Shown: in pieces, positions 62,283 through 64,000 of the stretch
How positions within the stretch are numbered: the first letter of the stretch is position 1
How the letters are laid out: each line of letters begins with the position of its first letter
DNA from: Azolla caroliniana
Lineage: Eukaryota > Plantae > Polypodiophyta
DNA length: 64,000 nt
Reading direction: 5' to 3'
Assembly: GCA_043228905.1 (NCBI GenBank)
Contig: JBHGNT010000022.1
Coordinates: 1,364,001-1,428,000, forward strand
Notes under the pieces: generated by a model
What the model was told of the DNA's origin: nothing
The model's database searches: none
The model's input: the letters and a program-made list of their open reading frames with translations, nothing else
Translations under genes and position numbers: made by a program

Positions 62283-63223
62283 ACGAGAACAAAGAAAGAA
62301 AGAAAAAGAAAAAACCACGAATGATATTGGCTACAGAAATAAATACGTGTTCGATTCCAAGGCCAGAGGACCCTTTATAAAATAGGGTTAACCACAATCT
62401 CAACAAAAACATAAACACTAAATGCCCTTAGAGACAAGAGCAAATCCCAACATGACGAAGACAAACACACGAGCACCACAAAAATGCCGACCCCAACGAA
62501 CCTTGATCACCCGAACGGCGAGCACACGGGCTCGTAATGAGAAATGGGGCGAAGCAACGTCGATCCAACGAAGCTCGGGCTGACGAACACTTCAAGTGCC
62601 AATGCGAAGAAGACGAGCATGTGGTGATGAGGGGATGAAAGGGTATGAGATGAAGGGAAGTGGTGAAGAAGAAGATGAAGAGCTCCAAAGGAAAAATGGT
62701 GATGAGACCACGCTGCATTGTAAGACCGGATTTGAACCGAGCACCTCTAGCTAGAAGTGAATGTGACTATCCACTAGCCCATTAACTCTCTCTTATATAA
62801 CATATAAACCTCCTTTTATAGGAAAAAATGAAGCGGGGTCGCCAATTTTGTCTTCAATGAAAAAGGAATAAAATTTCTTAAATCACATTGCATTGTAAGA
62901 CCAAATTTGAACCAAGCACCTCTAACTAGAAGTCAATGTGACTATCCACTAGCCCATTAACTCTCTCTTATATAATATATAATTCTATGTCTAGAAATTC
63001 ATAGACTGTCTCCCCTCTCTCTTACTTTTTACACGAGCTTCTATACCCCCTTTCTTTTCCCTTTTCTTTTGCATGTGCACAATTAATTGCCTTTGTGTGC
63101 ACACACATTGCACATGCACATTTTGACCCCCCCCCCCCCTTTCACCGGTTTTTCCCACTCTCGACCACGCCACATCACGATATCAGTGGCCGATTTGGGA
63201 AGGCATCATAGGAGGGAGGATAA

Positions 63224-63572
63224 TGTCAAGATTCGAACTCTTGACATGACCATGTTATAATCAAGTGTTATGTGTTAACCAACTTTTCTAGTATACAATC
63301 ATATGCATAATTGCTCCTTGTAGTTTTTTGCTAGCATCATGTGCATAGTTGCTCCCTTGTATTATATACACTTGTCACATGCATGCGTATGTACATGCTC
63401 TATTGTATCACATGCGTGCAACAGGTATGCATGCCGCTTAGTATAAATAGTTGAGTTCTCCTTGAAGGAATTCAAGGTGAACAACACCAGTTATAAAGTC
63501 TTTCAGTTAATACCACTCATCCATTTGGTTATCTTCTTTCTAGTCTCTTGAGCTTATGATCTATCCGTGACA
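63224..63572 (+). repeat. 3' LTR of G1, preceded by PPT GGAGGGAGGATAA
   Basis: 349 bp, TGTCA..TGACA, inverted partner at 34156-34504. Confidence 0.93.
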
Positions 63573-64000
63573 ATACTTAACTAGCTATTGGTAATAGCTA
63601 AATAGAAATTGCCAATAGCTAAATTAGTTAGTATCAGCTAATTAGCTACTGGTAATAGCTAAATAGCTATTGCCAATGGTAAACTTAGCTATTATCAGCT
63701 AATTAGCTACAACAATAGCTAATTAGCTATCTCAGAATATGACCATAGCTTACTAGCTATTGGCAATAGCTAAATAGTTATTGCCAATAGTAAACTTAGC
63801 TATTATCAGCTAATTAGCTATCTCAAAATATGATTATAGATAACTAGCTACTGACAATGGCCAAATAGCGATTTCCAATAGCTAATTTAGCTATTATAGC
63901 CTAATTAGCTACCACAATAGCTAATTAGCTACCTCAGAATATGACTAGAGCTACACTTAATAGCTAATTAGCTACCACAATAGCTAATTAGCTACCTCAG
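63573..64000 (+). repeat. TAGCTA-rich satellite running to the window end
   Basis: Tandem AGCTAATTAGCT and AATAGCT units. Confidence 0.92.

Larger units (their letters stand above)
46711..63182 (-). mobile_element. Full-length decayed non-chromoviral gypsy L, tRNA-Trp primed, with very long LTRs
   Basis: 3' LTR 46711-54121 (contains B2), 5' LTR 59644-63182, PPT-like tract 54122-54135, 4-bp TSD CCAG/TCAG; host G1 resumes at 63187. Confidence 0.9.

Noticed and set aside
59898-62418. Many repetitive ORFs up to 305 aa
   Set aside because: Open in several frames on both strands because of the satellite; no coding evidence

Overview
Intergenic plant DNA (probably a non-seed plant such as a fern or lycophyte; inferred from the retroelement types present) made almost entirely of nested and rearranged LTR retrotransposons. 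No host gene is clearly present. Element names below (A, B1, G1, etc.) are my own labels. Two young, intact, nearly identical Ty1/copia elements (23174-28698, 46986-52500; 1341-aa gag-pol, perfect 5-bp TSDs) sit among decayed copia elements, chromoviral gypsy elements (Tcn1/Tf1-like), solo LTRs and two copies of a hAT-type MITE. Main points of interest: (1) a tRNA-Trp-primed gypsy group with TGTCG..CGACA ends that makes 4-bp, apparently CpG-centred TSDs; (2) tRNA-like modules in the U3 of several unrelated LTR families; (3) a ~102-bp satellite forming a 409-bp higher-order repeat inside one LTR; (4) a Tf1-type self-priming signature; (5) a heat-shock-element array in an LTR; (6) an R/U5 difference between the twin copia elements; (7) an inversion and a tandem duplication that split one gypsy element across 31 kb. 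All alignments and counts were done by eye.
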